From Longimicrobiales bacterium (GTDB lineage: Bacteria; Gemmatimonadota; Gemmatimonadetes; Longimicrobiales; Gaopeijiaceae): a DNA stretch of 64,000 nt. The translations under genes were made by a program, and so were the position numbers. The DNA is taken from positions 372,001-436,000 of the forward strand of contig OY730414.1 of the NCBI GenBank assembly GCA_963422615.1, in the 5' to 3' direction. Positions 1-9,714 of the stretch are shown piece by piece (position 1 is the first letter of the stretch; each line of letters begins with the position of its first letter). The notes beneath the pieces are model-generated. The model searched no databases and was not told the DNA's origin. It worked only from the letters and a program-made list of their open reading frames with translations.

Positions 1-424
1 GGGAGCATTCGGGGTGGTAGGCGACCATGGGCCGGAAGTTGGGCAGTCGGGCGTTGACGAACAAGCCGATGACGGTGGCCAGGGCTCCAAAGAGGATTGC
101 GCACTCAAAGGCAATCACCACGTACGCGGGGATCGACAGGATGGGCTTCCCACCCGTCACAAGGGGCCAGTCCATGGACGTCCAGGAGGTGAATGCGAAC
201 CCCGTTGCTGCCCCCGTCAAGCCCCCCGCCAAGGTGAAGACCCGAACCGGGCTGTCAGTCAGCGCCAAGCCATCTTCCAGGAGTTGGTGCTCCGGCAGAG
301 GCGCGAAGGCCCGGAATCCCTTGTAGCCCGCGTTCCGCAACGCCTTGCAGGCGTCAATGGTGGTGTCCAGGTGTTCAAACAGGGCGAAGAGCCCCTGGCG
401 GCCACGCTTTCGTCTGGGCTTCAT
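1..424 (-). CDS. actD: Alternative complex III subunit D (DUF3341), truncated by the window edge
   Basis: Not in the ORF track. Manual translation from ATG 424 (ATGA overlap with the actC stop) gives MKPRRKRGRQGLFALFEH...SPVRVFTLAGGLTGAATG...DWPLVTGGKPILSIPAYVVIAFECAILFG, which is DUF3341-like and in the expected position after actC. Confidence 0.85.
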   Translation of the reverse strand, partial: MKPRRKRGRQGLFALFEHLDTTIDACKALRNAGYKGFRAFAPLPEHQLLEDGLALTDSPVRVFTLAGGLTGAATGFAFTSWTSMDWPLVTGGKPILSIPAYVVIAFECAILFGALATVIGLFVNARLPNFRPMVAYHPECS

Positions 425-1794
425 GGATCTCCCCGCTTCTTTCTACCCCCGAGGGGAGGCGGAATGACCTCCTTCATCTCGGCGATGGCCACCGGTGGCA
501 GAAGACGGGTGAAGAGCAAGAACCAGAAGCCGAACCAAGCAAAGCTTCCGATCAGGATCCCCATTTCGGTCGCACTGGGACGGTAGACGCCCCACGCCCA
601 GGGCTCGTATTCGTGGGACAACGAGGTCACGATGATGACAAAGCGTTCAAACCACATCCCGATGTTGATGAAGATGGAGATGACGAACAGGGCGGCGATT
701 GACCGCCTGACTCGCTTGAACCAGAGCATGAGGGGAACCAAGCCGTTACAGGTGAGCATGATCCAGTTGGCCCACCAATAGTGACCGGACACCCGGTTCC
801 AAAACGACCCCCGCTCCGGAGGCTCCCCCGAGTACCACGCCAGAAAATATTCAATCAAATAAGCATAGAGGACAATGGCCGCCGTCAGTAGGCACAACTT
901 CGCCATGGCCTCGAAGTGCTTGACCGTCAGATATTTTTCCAGCCCGAAGAATTTTCTCATGGGCACGGCCAAGGTGATTACCATGGCCACGCCTGAAAAG
1001 ATGGCTCCGGCAACGAAGTAGGGGGCAAAGATCGTTGTGTGCCATCCCGGGACGATCGACATGGCGAAATCCCAGGAAACCACCGAGTGGACCGAAAGGA
1101 CAAGCGGGGTCGCCAGGGCCGCCAAGTAGATGTACGCCTTGGAGAAGTGGTGCCACTCCCGGTCCGTCCCCCGCCATCCCAGAGCAATGATCTTGTAGAA
1201 CTTTTTCCGAAGCCCCTTGGTATGGTCCCGGGCCGCCGCCAGATCCGGGATGGTACCCAGATAGAAGAAAACGGCGGAAACGGTGAAGTAGGTGGTAACG
1301 GCAAAGACATCCCAGACCAGGGGAGACCGGAAATTGGGCCAGAGGAAGCGGGAATTCGGGTAGGGTACAAGCCAGTAGGCATGCCAGACCCGCCCCACGT
1401 GGATGAGGGGAAACAGGCCCGCCGTCATGACGGCGAAGACGGTCATGGCCTCGGCTGCCCGGTAGATGGACTGGCGCCAGGGCGCGCGGAACAGGAACAG
1501 GATGGCCGAGATGAGGGTGCCCGAATGGGCGATACCCACCCAGAAGACAAAAGTGGTGATGTAGACGCCCCACCCGACCGGGGCGTTCAACCCCGTAACC
1601 CCGATTCCTCTGACGATCTGACCTAGCCAGGAGGTGAAGAAGAGCCCGATCCCCAGAACCGCCAGGGCAAAAAGGATCCACCAGCCTTTACCGGGGCGGG
1701 ACAGGACCTTCAGGACATCCCGGTTCACATCCTCGTATGCGCCAACGTCGGGGTTCGGGAGGGCCCCCCGGCGCCTCATCTCGGCGGTGGTCAT
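421..1794 (-). CDS. actC: NrfD/PsrC-family membrane subunit, alternative complex III subunit C
   Basis: Polytopic protein with WGVYITTFVFWVGIAHSGTLISAIL, RAAEAMT, WPNFRSPLVWD, SVHSVVSWDFA and GMWFERFVII motifs. Confidence 0.95.
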   Translation of the reverse strand: MTTAEMRRRGALPNPDVGAYEDVNRDVLKVLSRPGKGWWILFALAVLGIGLFFTSWLGQIVRGIGVTGLNAPVGWGVYITTFVFWVGIAHSGTLISAILFLFRAPWRQSIYRAAEAMTVFAVMTAGLFPLIHVGRVWHAYWLVPYPNSRFLWPNFRSPLVWDVFAVTTYFTVSAVFFYLGTIPDLAAARDHTKGLRKKFYKIIALGWRGTDREWHHFSKAYIYLAALATPLVLSVHSVVSWDFAMSIVPGWHTTIFAPYFVAGAIFSGVAMVITLAVPMRKFFGLEKYLTVKHFEAMAKLCLLTAAIVLYAYLIEYFLAWYSGEPPERGSFWNRVSGHYWWANWIMLTCNGLVPLMLWFKRVRRSIAALFVISIFINIGMWFERFVIIVTSLSHEYEPWAWGVYRPSATEMGILIGSFAWFGFWFLLFTRLLPPVAIAEMKEVIPPPLGGRKKRGDP

Positions 1795-1798
1795 CGCC

Positions 1799-4792
1799 CT
1801 AGTGCCCGCCTTCTTCCACCTGATGGAACGTGACCTTCTTCAGGTAGTGGACCGCTGGCTGGGTGTTGATCAGCTCGTCCAACACCCGGTAGGTACGCTC
1901 GTCGGCAACGAGCCGCGCAACCCGCGAATCCGGTTCCTTGACGTTCCCGAAAACGATGGCCTCGCTCGGGCAAACGCTCTGGCAGGCCGTGTAGACCTCG
2001 CCATCTCGGATTTCCCGTCCCTCCACGGCCGCTCGATTTCCTGCGTCACGAATCCGCTGTATGCAGAAAGTACACTTCTCCATAACCCCGTTGTCCCGAA
2101 CCGTGACGTCCGGGTTGAACTGCCAGTTCATGGGTTCCGGGATGTCGATCGCGTAGCCGTACCAATTGAAGACCCGGACCTTATAGGGACAGTTGTTGGC
2201 GCAGTAACGGGTGCCTACACAGCGGTTGTACGCCTGGGCATTGAGTCCGTCAGGCGTGTGATAGGCAGCGAAGACGGGGCAAACGGGCTCGCAGGGGGCG
2301 TTGTTGCAGTGCTGGCAAAGCATGGGAAGGAAGCGGACATCCAGCGGACCCGCGTGGGAAGCATCCACCGTCTCGTAGTAGCGCTCCAGACGCAACCAGT
2401 GCATCTCCCGGCCCATCAGGGCTTCATTCTCGCTGACCCAGGGGATGTTGTTCTCCGCCTGGCACGCCGTGACGCACACCCCGCATCCCGTGCACTTGTC
2501 CAAGTCAATGGCCATCGCCCACCTCGGGTGGTCCTGGGCGTACTCCCCGAAATCGGAGCCCGGAAGCGGAAAGTCCTCCGCCCGCCCCTCCGTGGGCACC
2601 GGAGCGAATCCCCCCACCTCCTGAAGCTCCCGAAGCGGTTCTCCGGCGTGGCCTTCCTCCCCCTCGTGGCCGAGGGCGGAAAGGGCGACGGCAGGAGTCA
2701 CATTCCGGTCGTCCTGGTCGCTGGATCCCTCCGTCGATGCCAAGCGGCGCCACTCCCCCGTCGCCGCGACGGTCACTCGGGATGAGACGAGGGCCAAACT
2801 TCCGGAGGGGCCGTCGGAAACCGAAGGAACCAGCACCATGGGGTTGACCCCGTTTCCGTTGGCGAACCGACCATAGTCCGTGTGCCCACCACCCATGGCC
2901 ATCGCCACCACATCTTCCCGAATGCCGGGGTACTCCCAGACCGGAACCTCCACCTCGCCTTCCTCCGACCTGACCTTGACCACGTCGCCGGACCGAAGCC
3001 CAAGACGACGTGCCGTATTCGGATGAATCTCCGCCCAGGAGTGCCACATCACCTTGGAGACCGGGTCGGGAAGCTCTTGCAACCAGGGACGGTCGGCATG
3101 GGTGCCGTCGCCGAAGCGAGGAGACGGGTAAACCAATAGGGTCAGGTTCCCGTCGCCCTGGAACCCGGGGGCTCCGAAGCCGACGGCGGGGGCGGGGGCC
3201 TGAAGCGCTACAGCTCGAGACGGGGGGTTCGAGTACGAAACGGAGCCGTTCTTCAAGAGCTCCCGCCAAAGTGCGCCCGGGTCACCGCTCAGGCCCGCCG
3301 AGGCTCCGTTTTCGTCCAGCCAGGCGTGGTGGGCCGCCCGGAGGTACTCCCGAAAGGAGCCAGCGCCGAAATCGTGGCCGGTGCGCCGCGCGGTCTCCAG
3401 GAGCACATCGCCCATCGGGCGGGAGTCGAAAACGGGAACGGGCCGCATGACGGGTTGCCGTACCGAATAGGTCCCCCGGGCCGGGAGGCTATCGCCCCAG
3501 GATTCAAGGGGGTGGGTGTCGGGCAACACCAAGTCGGCCAGCGCCGCCGTTTCGTCCGGAACCGTGGCGAAGGCCACCTTGAACGGGACCTTGGCGAAAG
3601 CTTCCCGAAAGCCCGCGACCGGCGGCAGGGAGTACGCCGGGTTCGTCCCCGCCACCACCGCAACCCCGTAGACGCCCGAATTCATTTCGTCAATCGCCTG
3701 TTCCATCGCCCGGTACGACGAAGCCTCCGGGTCGGTCGGGCCGTCAATGTGCAGGGTCCGCCCGATGTTGCCCGCTACGGCGTTCAGGATAAGGACCGCC
3801 AAATTGGCCGCCGTTGCGCCTTCATGATGCCCGGCCAGGCCCGGCCCCAAAGCCAGACCGGAGCCTTCAGCGAAACGCGCGGTGAGCTCGGCCAGCGCTT
3901 CCGCCTCCACCCCGGCTGCTTCGGCCGCGCGGGCCAAGTCGTAGCTGGAAACCAGCCCAGTGTAGGGACCGGCGTCGGCCCCCTGCCTCACCAACTCCCC
4001 GGCCATTGCGAGGGCCACTTCCGCTTCCGAACCCGCCCGGATCGGGATCCATTCGTCGGCGTTCTGGCCCGTCAGGGAGAGGCGGGGTCCGACGAAGACG
4101 AAGCGGCCCTTGTTGCCGTGGTCCACGCCGTGCATCCTGGCGAAGTCGGCCCCGAAGCTGACGGGCGAAAGCCACGTTTCCAAAAAGTCGGCCCCGAAGG
4201 AAACCAGAAAGTCTGCGGCTGCGATGTCGTACCTGGGCAGCACATTCACGCCGTAGGCAATGCTGACGGCCTCCCGGAGGGGCGGATCGTCCAATGGGTC
4301 GTAGACGACCCTGCGTCCGCCCAGGACCTCGGCGAAACGACTCAAAAGACCGCTCTCCGTGGGTCCCCTTCGCCCCGTGAGGAAAAGAGACCGGCCTCCG
4401 GTTTCGAGACGGTCCGCCATGAGCGCCAGGGCCTCGTCCCAAGTGATCGCGGAACCGGCGCGCAAAGGCGTGGCCACGCGGTCGGGGTTGTACAGCCCCT
4501 GAAGCGCGGAGACCCCCCGGGAACAGAGGCCACCCCGGGAGACGGGATGGGAGGGGTTCCCTTCGATCATCACGGCTCGTCCTTCCCGGGTCCGCACCCG
4601 GATCCCACATCCGCTCGGGCACTCCCCGCACGTCGACGCGTACCACGTCGCCACCCCCGGAGTGATTTCCTCCGGTGGCACTACATAGGGGATCAGGGTT
4701 TCGACCTGGTCCGTCGAACAACCCGTAGCAGCCGCTCCCGCGCTGCCGACCCCCAGGACTTTCAGGAAATCCCGCCGCTCAAGATTGCTCAC
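1799..4792 (-). CDS. actB: Molybdopterin-oxidoreductase-like/4Fe-4S fusion, alternative complex III subunit B
   Basis: Likely GTG start at 4792 with GAGGA RBS. Tat motif LERRDFLK, CGECPSGC, and C-terminal CTGCGVCVTAC, CQHCNNAPCEPVCP, CVGTRYCANNCP and CTFC. Confidence 0.93.
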   Translation of the reverse strand: MSNLERRDFLKVLGVGSAGAAATGCSTDQVETLIPYVVPPEEITPGVATWYASTCGECPSGCGIRVRTREGRAVMIEGNPSHPVSRGGLCSRGVSALQGLYNPDRVATPLRAGSAITWDEALALMADRLETGGRSLFLTGRRGPTESGLLSRFAEVLGGRRVVYDPLDDPPLREAVSIAYGVNVLPRYDIAAADFLVSFGADFLETWLSPVSFGADFARMHGVDHGNKGRFVFVGPRLSLTGQNADEWIPIRAGSEAEVALAMAGELVRQGADAGPYTGLVSSYDLARAAEAAGVEAEALAELTARFAEGSGLALGPGLAGHHEGATAANLAVLILNAVAGNIGRTLHIDGPTDPEASSYRAMEQAIDEMNSGVYGVAVVAGTNPAYSLPPVAGFREAFAKVPFKVAFATVPDETAALADLVLPDTHPLESWGDSLPARGTYSVRQPVMRPVPVFDSRPMGDVLLETARRTGHDFGAGSFREYLRAAHHAWLDENGASAGLSGDPGALWRELLKNGSVSYSNPPSRAVALQAPAPAVGFGAPGFQGDGNLTLLVYPSPRFGDGTHADRPWLQELPDPVSKVMWHSWAEIHPNTARRLGLRSGDVVKVRSEEGEVEVPVWEYPGIREDVVAMAMGGGHTDYGRFANGNGVNPMVLVPSVSDGPSGSLALVSSRVTVAATGEWRRLASTEGSSDQDDRNVTPAVALSALGHEGEEGHAGEPLRELQEVGGFAPVPTEGRAEDFPLPGSDFGEYAQDHPRWAMAIDLDKCTGCGVCVTACQAENNIPWVSENEALMGREMHWLRLERYYETVDASHAGPLDVRFLPMLCQHCNNAPCEPVCPVFAAYHTPDGLNAQAYNRCVGTRYCANNCPYKVRVFNWYGYAIDIPEPMNWQFNPDVTVRDNGVMEKCTFCIQRIRDAGNRAAVEGREIRDGEVYTACQSVCPSEAIVFGNVKEPDSRVARLVADERTYRVLDELINTQPAVHYLKKVTFHQVEEGGH

Positions 4793-4853
4793 GAATTCCT
4801 CGCCAGGAAGGAGGTTGGAATTCCGCAAAGGCGGAACCGCCGGGGGGAAGGAA

Positions 4854-5408
4854 TCAGTAATGACATACCGTGCAGTCGCGGGAAGCCCCCCGCTCCAGGT
4901 GGCAGGAAACACACCACCCCATCTTGAGGGAACCGGCCTCCGGGGCCACGTCTTCCAGGACGTTCATTGACTGAACCTCCCCATGGCAGGTCTGGCAAGA
5001 GATCTCGGCTGCGACATGGCGGAAGTGGGGGAAGTGGACATGGTCGGAGACCTTATAGATCCGCTTCCAAGGAATTGGCGTTCCGGATTCGTAGTAGTCG
5101 CGGATCTTCGCCACTTCTTCGGGGTTGTTCCTTCCCGTCACGACTTGGTGGCACCCCATGCAGGTCTCCACAGGAGGGATCCCGGCGTCCACAGACCTTT
5201 CCGCCGAAAAATGGCAGTACTGGCAGTCAATCAGGAACTGGCCGGCGTGTACGTCATGAGGGAACTGGATGGGCTGGGATTCCGCCACGTCGGAAACCGC
5301 CTGGAGGACGGCTTCTTCTCCTTCCGGATTTTGTCGGCCACCGATGAAGGCGACCGTGGCCAGAACCGGGATCACTCCCGCGCTGGCCGTCAGCCACAAC
5401 CTTTTCAT
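4854..5408 (-). CDS. actA: Pentaheme cytochrome c, alternative complex III subunit A
   Basis: Five CxxCH motifs (CQYCH, CMGCH, CQTCH, CVSCH, CTVCH). N-terminal hydrophobic segment follows MKRLWL (ATG 5408). Confidence 0.92.
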   Translation of the reverse strand: MKRLWLTASAGVIPVLATVAFIGGRQNPEGEEAVLQAVSDVAESQPIQFPHDVHAGQFLIDCQYCHFSAERSVDAGIPPVETCMGCHQVVTGRNNPEEVAKIRDYYESGTPIPWKRIYKVSDHVHFPHFRHVAAEISCQTCHGEVQSMNVLEDVAPEAGSLKMGWCVSCHLERGASRDCTVCHY

Positions 5409-5736
5409 ATGGGGACGAAGATCCGCCGTCGGGCCAAGTCGAAGTTTGAAGGAAATCCCTGAGGTCTCGTCGCAGCAGATGAACCGCCGTCGGATGAGCC
5501 GAAGGAAGGTAGAATCCGCCTCGGCCAATGTCAACGAAGGGGGCCCGCCTGTCGGCAACTCCGGGAGTGAGTTGCGCCACCCGGGGGAGGGCGACATGAT
5601 GTGAAGGTCTGCGTCCGGGTACCGACGGAGCCATCAAGCGGTGCCCACCCGCCCAAGGGAGGCGCTCGCACACCCAGGACCCAAAACGCCGTTCGCGAAA
5701 TTCACAATCCGGGTGCCCCAATGGAGTCGCCGTTTC

Positions 5737-6048
5737 ATGTCCAGCTCCACCGATCCCCCTGCCTCGCCAGTGCTACATGAGAGTGCGGAGCCCATGGAGA
5801 GGCTGCACCTCGGGACCATCACCCACGAAGGAAGGTTCTGGGACGTCTACCTGGAGTTTGCAAAGGAGTCCCTGGGCTCGGAGTCGTGCAGGGGTCGGCT
5901 TTGCTTCATACCGGCCGACTGGAACGGTCGGGACGAACCGCCTCGAACCGCTGTAATCATCATCGAACCGAGCCGCGAAGAAGCTCTGAAAAAGGCCCGG
6001 GCTCTGGACCGGTATTCTCTCGTAGCCATGCTCCGATCCGCCACCTGA
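5737..6048 (+). CDS. Hypothetical protein
   Basis: Protein-like ORF (LGTITHEGRFWDVYLEF...RTAVIIIEPS...LVAMLRSA) filling the gap. Start uncertain (5737 or 5794). Confidence 0.65.
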   Translation: MSSSTDPPASPVLHESAEPMERLHLGTITHEGRFWDVYLEFAKESLGSESCRGRLCFIPADWNGRDEPPRTAVIIIEPSREEALKKARALDRYSLVAMLRSAT

Positions 6049-6199
6049 TGCCTCCCGGCCCGGAGGCGAAGGCCCCAATAGGGACGGAGGTGCCGAAGAA
6101 GGGGCGGAGGTGCCGAAGTATACCCGCGCCGGACCGGACAGGGGAACGCGGTTCATCCCGTCGGTCCCGTTCCCCATCCCCCACTCCCGAAGCGGCGGA

Positions 6200-6943
6200 A
6201 TGACGCTGGCTCGCCCCTGGATCCGCTGCCTCCTTCTCCAGCTCAGGGACCCGGACGATCCCATGCGTGCCGATGAGGTCTCCTGTTTCGAACGGGTTCT
6301 GTCTCCTCTACCCGTTCGGATCTCCACCTTCGATCTCCTCGCGGGATTGTTGCAGCCAAAGGATCTGGAGGGCGCCGACTTTGTGTTCTTGGGGGGCAGC
6401 GGCGCGTATTCCGCTGCCACGGGTGGGCCGTGGCTCGAAAGGGCCCTGGAATCGCTACGGCTCGTGCACGCCTCCGGCGTGCCCGCATTTGCGTCTTGCT
6501 GGGGCTTCCAAGGAATGGCCGCCGCCATGGGCGGAAGCGTCGTTCGGGACCCGAGTCGCGCCGAAGTCGGAACGTACGAGCTCGAGCTCACCCCAGCCGG
6601 GCAAGCGGACCCTCTGTTTGGCTACCTAGGGCGTTCTTTCAAGGCCCAAGTGGGCCACGAGGACCTCGTCAAGACCCTGCCTCCCCGCACAACCCCCCTC
6701 GCATCGTCGGCCAAGGGGGTGAATCACGCGTACCGCTTCAACGACGCCCCCATCTACTGCACCCAGTTCCACCCGGAGTTGGATGCGGCGGGGCTCTTCC
6801 GTCGCCTCGCCACCTACCCCAGGTACGTGGAGGAGGTGGCCGGGATGACCGTGGAGGAGCTGGCGGAAGAGATTGAAGAAACCCCCATCGCGGCGGAACT
6901 CGTTCCCCGGTTCGTCCGGCTGCATATGAAACGAAAACGGTAG
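6200..6943 (+). CDS. Class I glutamine amidotransferase (GMP-synthase-like)
   Basis: GGSG, nucleophile elbow ASCWGFQ, and QFHPE catalytic His-Glu. Confidence 0.9.
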   Translation: MTLARPWIRCLLLQLRDPDDPMRADEVSCFERVLSPLPVRISTFDLLAGLLQPKDLEGADFVFLGGSGAYSAATGGPWLERALESLRLVHASGVPAFASCWGFQGMAAAMGGSVVRDPSRAEVGTYELELTPAGQADPLFGYLGRSFKAQVGHEDLVKTLPPRTTPLASSAKGVNHAYRFNDAPIYCTQFHPELDAAGLFRRLATYPRYVEEVAGMTVEELAEEIEETPIAAELVPRFVRLHMKRKR

Positions 6944-7023
6944 ATGGCCCAAGTCGCTGGCTCCCCCCAAGGAAGCCGGACCCGCCCCTCACCCCCGCCC
7001 AGCCGCGGGAGCCCCCGCGCGGT

Positions 7024-8274
7024 TCACGCGGCCCTGACCCAGCGAACCAGCTGGCGCAAGGTTGGGCGTTTGCCCTGCATGAGGATTCCCACCCGGTAGA
7101 TCCTGCCCGCTACCCACGCGGTGGCGACAATCGCCAGTCCCATCAGGACCAGGGACAGGGCCACCATCCACAAGGGCACCGTCCCGGCAACCGCTCGAGG
7201 ATACATGAGAATGGGGCTGAAAAAGGGGAAAAGGGCCGCCCATTCCATCCATACAACCCGCCCCCCCTGGATCGTGGACATGTGCATGATAAACGGGATG
7301 CCCAGAAGCATGACGACCGGAAACTGAGCCTGCTGGGCGTCTTCTTCCCGGGAGCACATGGCTCCCACAGCGGCAAACAGCGCCGAGTAGAGAAAGTACC
7401 CCAGGAGAAAGAAGGCGAGGAAGAGTAGCACGGCGCCGGCGCTCGGGAGAAACTCGACGATTTGCACCGCCGCTTCTGCAGCGGGCCAGTTGGCGGCCAC
7501 CATCGGAAGACCCAGAAAGAGCAGGAGTGCCCCGAAAGACGCCCAGATGCCCAGCTGGGTCAATCCCATGGAGCCGACGCCCAGGATCTTGCCGAGCATG
7601 AGCTGCCAGGGCCGGATGGAAGAGATCACAACCTCCACCACCCGGTTGCGCTTCTCGTCCAGCACCGAGCGGAGGACATAGGCGCCGTAGATCAGCATGG
7701 TCATGTAAAGGAGGATCGCGCCGACAATCCCGGTGATCAGCGACGAAGTCCGGGCCGCGTCGGACTGCTCTTCTCCAACGGCCTCGAACTCGAGTTGGCC
7801 GCCTCCCAGCAATTCCCGCACGCCCCCTACGTCTTCGGTGAACGAAAGGCGGGTCTCCAGAACCGTTTCGACCACGATCCCCCGGATCAGGCCGGACCGG
7901 ACTCTGCCGGGCGATTCCTTCCCCCGATACAGGAAGGTACCCTCTTCCGCCGTAAGATCGTCCAGCACCATGTAAGCCCGGATTTCGTCGTCCAGTACCC
8001 GACGGTCCAGGGCTTCCGTGCCGGTCGCAGGGTCGATGATCTCAACGGAATAGCCGACGTCTTCCATACGCTCGGCAATCGGTTCGTGCAGCCGGCCGGT
8101 GAAGTCGATCAGGGCCAGCTCCCGTCCAGACTGTTCCGCCCTCAAACCCATGAAGATGCTGAGCGCCATCAAGCCCAACATGAGGAGGGGCACCGCAATG
8201 GTGGAAAGTATGAACCCCTTCGTCCCGACCCGTTCCAAGTACTCCCGCCGCACCACGACCCAAACCCGGTTCAC
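7024..8274 (-). CDS. ABC-2 type exporter permease (NatB/YhaP-like)
   Basis: RREYLERV N-terminus, DEKRNRVVEVVISS, LGKILG and multiple TM helices. Confidence 0.9.
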   Translation of the reverse strand: MNRVWVVVRREYLERVGTKGFILSTIAVPLLMLGLMALSIFMGLRAEQSGRELALIDFTGRLHEPIAERMEDVGYSVEIIDPATGTEALDRRVLDDEIRAYMVLDDLTAEEGTFLYRGKESPGRVRSGLIRGIVVETVLETRLSFTEDVGGVRELLGGGQLEFEAVGEEQSDAARTSSLITGIVGAILLYMTMLIYGAYVLRSVLDEKRNRVVEVVISSIRPWQLMLGKILGVGSMGLTQLGIWASFGALLLFLGLPMVAANWPAAEAAVQIVEFLPSAGAVLLFLAFFLLGYFLYSALFAAVGAMCSREEDAQQAQFPVVMLLGIPFIMHMSTIQGGRVVWMEWAALFPFFSPILMYPRAVAGTVPLWMVALSLVLMGLAIVATAWVAGRIYRVGILMQGKRPTLRQLVRWVRAA

Positions 8275-9209
8275 GATCCACCTCCCGGCCCATACGCCTG
8301 CGATTCCTCGGGTCCGTCTCCGGCATGCCGCACGAAGATCTCGTGAAGACCCGGCTCGAGCAGCTCGAAGCGCCGGAGGCTCACTCCTTCGGCAACCGCA
8401 GCGGCAAGGATCTCGTCGTGACCGGCCCCGGGACGCAGGGAGAGGTGGAAGGCGTCGCCAACCCTTTCGACGTCACTCACCCCTGGCCAGGACAGCCAAC
8501 GGTCGTCTCCCTCGAACTCCACGGCGACAACCCCCGACCGTTCTCGCCGCTTCATCTCCTTCAGGTTCCCGTCCAGGACCTTCCTGGCACCCGAAATCAG
8601 GCAGACCCTCTCGCACAATCGCTCTGCCTGCTGCATGAGGTGGGTGGAAAAGAGGATCGTCGTCCCCCGTTGTTTCTGCTCCAGAACAATCGATTCGAGG
8701 ACGTCCTGATTGATCGGGTCCAGGCCGCTGAACGGTTCGTCCAGGATCAACAGCTCCGGATCGTGGAGCACGGTGCCGATGAATTGGACCTTCTGCTGCA
8801 TTCCCTTCGAAAGGTCCTGGACCTTTCGCGTCGCCCACTCCGTCAGGTCAAGACGATCCAACCACTCCACGGCTCGGGCGCGAACATGTCGACGCGTCAA
8901 GCCCCGGAGCTCCCCCAGGAAAACGAGCTGGTCAATGACCTTCATTTTTTCGTAGACGCCCCGCTCTTCCGGAAGGTAGCCCACGCGGTTCCGTCGACTG
9001 AAGTCGGGAGACCCGCCAAAAAGCTCGACGCTTCCCTGATCCGGTAGCAGAATTCCCATAATCATCCGGATCGTGGTCGTCTTCCCCGATCCGTTCGGCC
9101 CCAGCAGGCCGTAGATCGCACCCCGGGGGATGGTGAAATCGAAGTCGGAAACCGCCGTGTGGTCGCCGAAGACCTTGGTCACGCCCGAAAGCCGTACTGC
9201 GGGTTCCAT
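8271..9209 (-). CDS. ABC exporter ATP-binding protein (NatA/YhaQ-like)
   Basis: Walker A GPNGSGKT, signature LSKGMQQK, Walker B LLILDEP. 4-nt overlap with the permease. Confidence 0.93.
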   Translation of the reverse strand: MEPAVRLSGVTKVFGDHTAVSDFDFTIPRGAIYGLLGPNGSGKTTTIRMIMGILLPDQGSVELFGGSPDFSRRNRVGYLPEERGVYEKMKVIDQLVFLGELRGLTRRHVRARAVEWLDRLDLTEWATRKVQDLSKGMQQKVQFIGTVLHDPELLILDEPFSGLDPINQDVLESIVLEQKQRGTTILFSTHLMQQAERLCERVCLISGARKVLDGNLKEMKRRERSGVVAVEFEGDDRWLSWPGVSDVERVGDAFHLSLRPGAGHDEILAAAVAEGVSLRRFELLEPGLHEIFVRHAGDGPEESQAYGPGGGS

Positions 9210-9456
9210 CACATGATCCACCTTGATGTAATTCACGTTCGCGATTCGCATTTTCCGGAAGGCCCTACGGAGTCAGCTCCTGGAACCTTCACAACGCCGG
9301 GTCTTCTTCACGAGGCCGGCTATTTTCCGACACTTCGCCGGACACTTCGGAAGCAATGTTTGTATCTTCAAGATGGGTGACGGCGGACCCGTCGGACCCT
9401 TCCGGGAAGGTCCCGGAATTTCAAGATGACAATATAGAACATTCAGGAGCGCCTCT

Positions 9457-9648
9457 GTGGCAATCTACCGAACGCTCTTCTACGGCGACATAAACGTCGG
9501 TACGGGGGGGCGAATGACGATCCCCCAACCGATGCGAGACCGCTGTGGTATACGTGAAGGAGACACCTTGACTGTGCGGGTGGAGGAAAACCCCGCCGGG
9601 GTCCGTCAGCTGGTAATGTGGCGAAACAACCCCGAAGACGAGGAGTGA
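9457..9648 (+). CDS. AbrB/MazE/SpoVT-family DNA-binding protein
   Basis: VGTGGRMTIPQPMRDRCGIREGDTL fits the swapped-hairpin pattern. AGGAG RBS precedes the GTG. Confidence 0.85.
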   Translation: MAIYRTLFYGDINVGTGGRMTIPQPMRDRCGIREGDTLTVRVEENPAGVRQLVMWRNNPEDEE

Positions 9649-9714
9649 CCCGGCAGCCGCCCTCAGGAACACATCGGGCGACCCGACGGACATTCGGGCC
9701 ATCGCCATTCGGGT

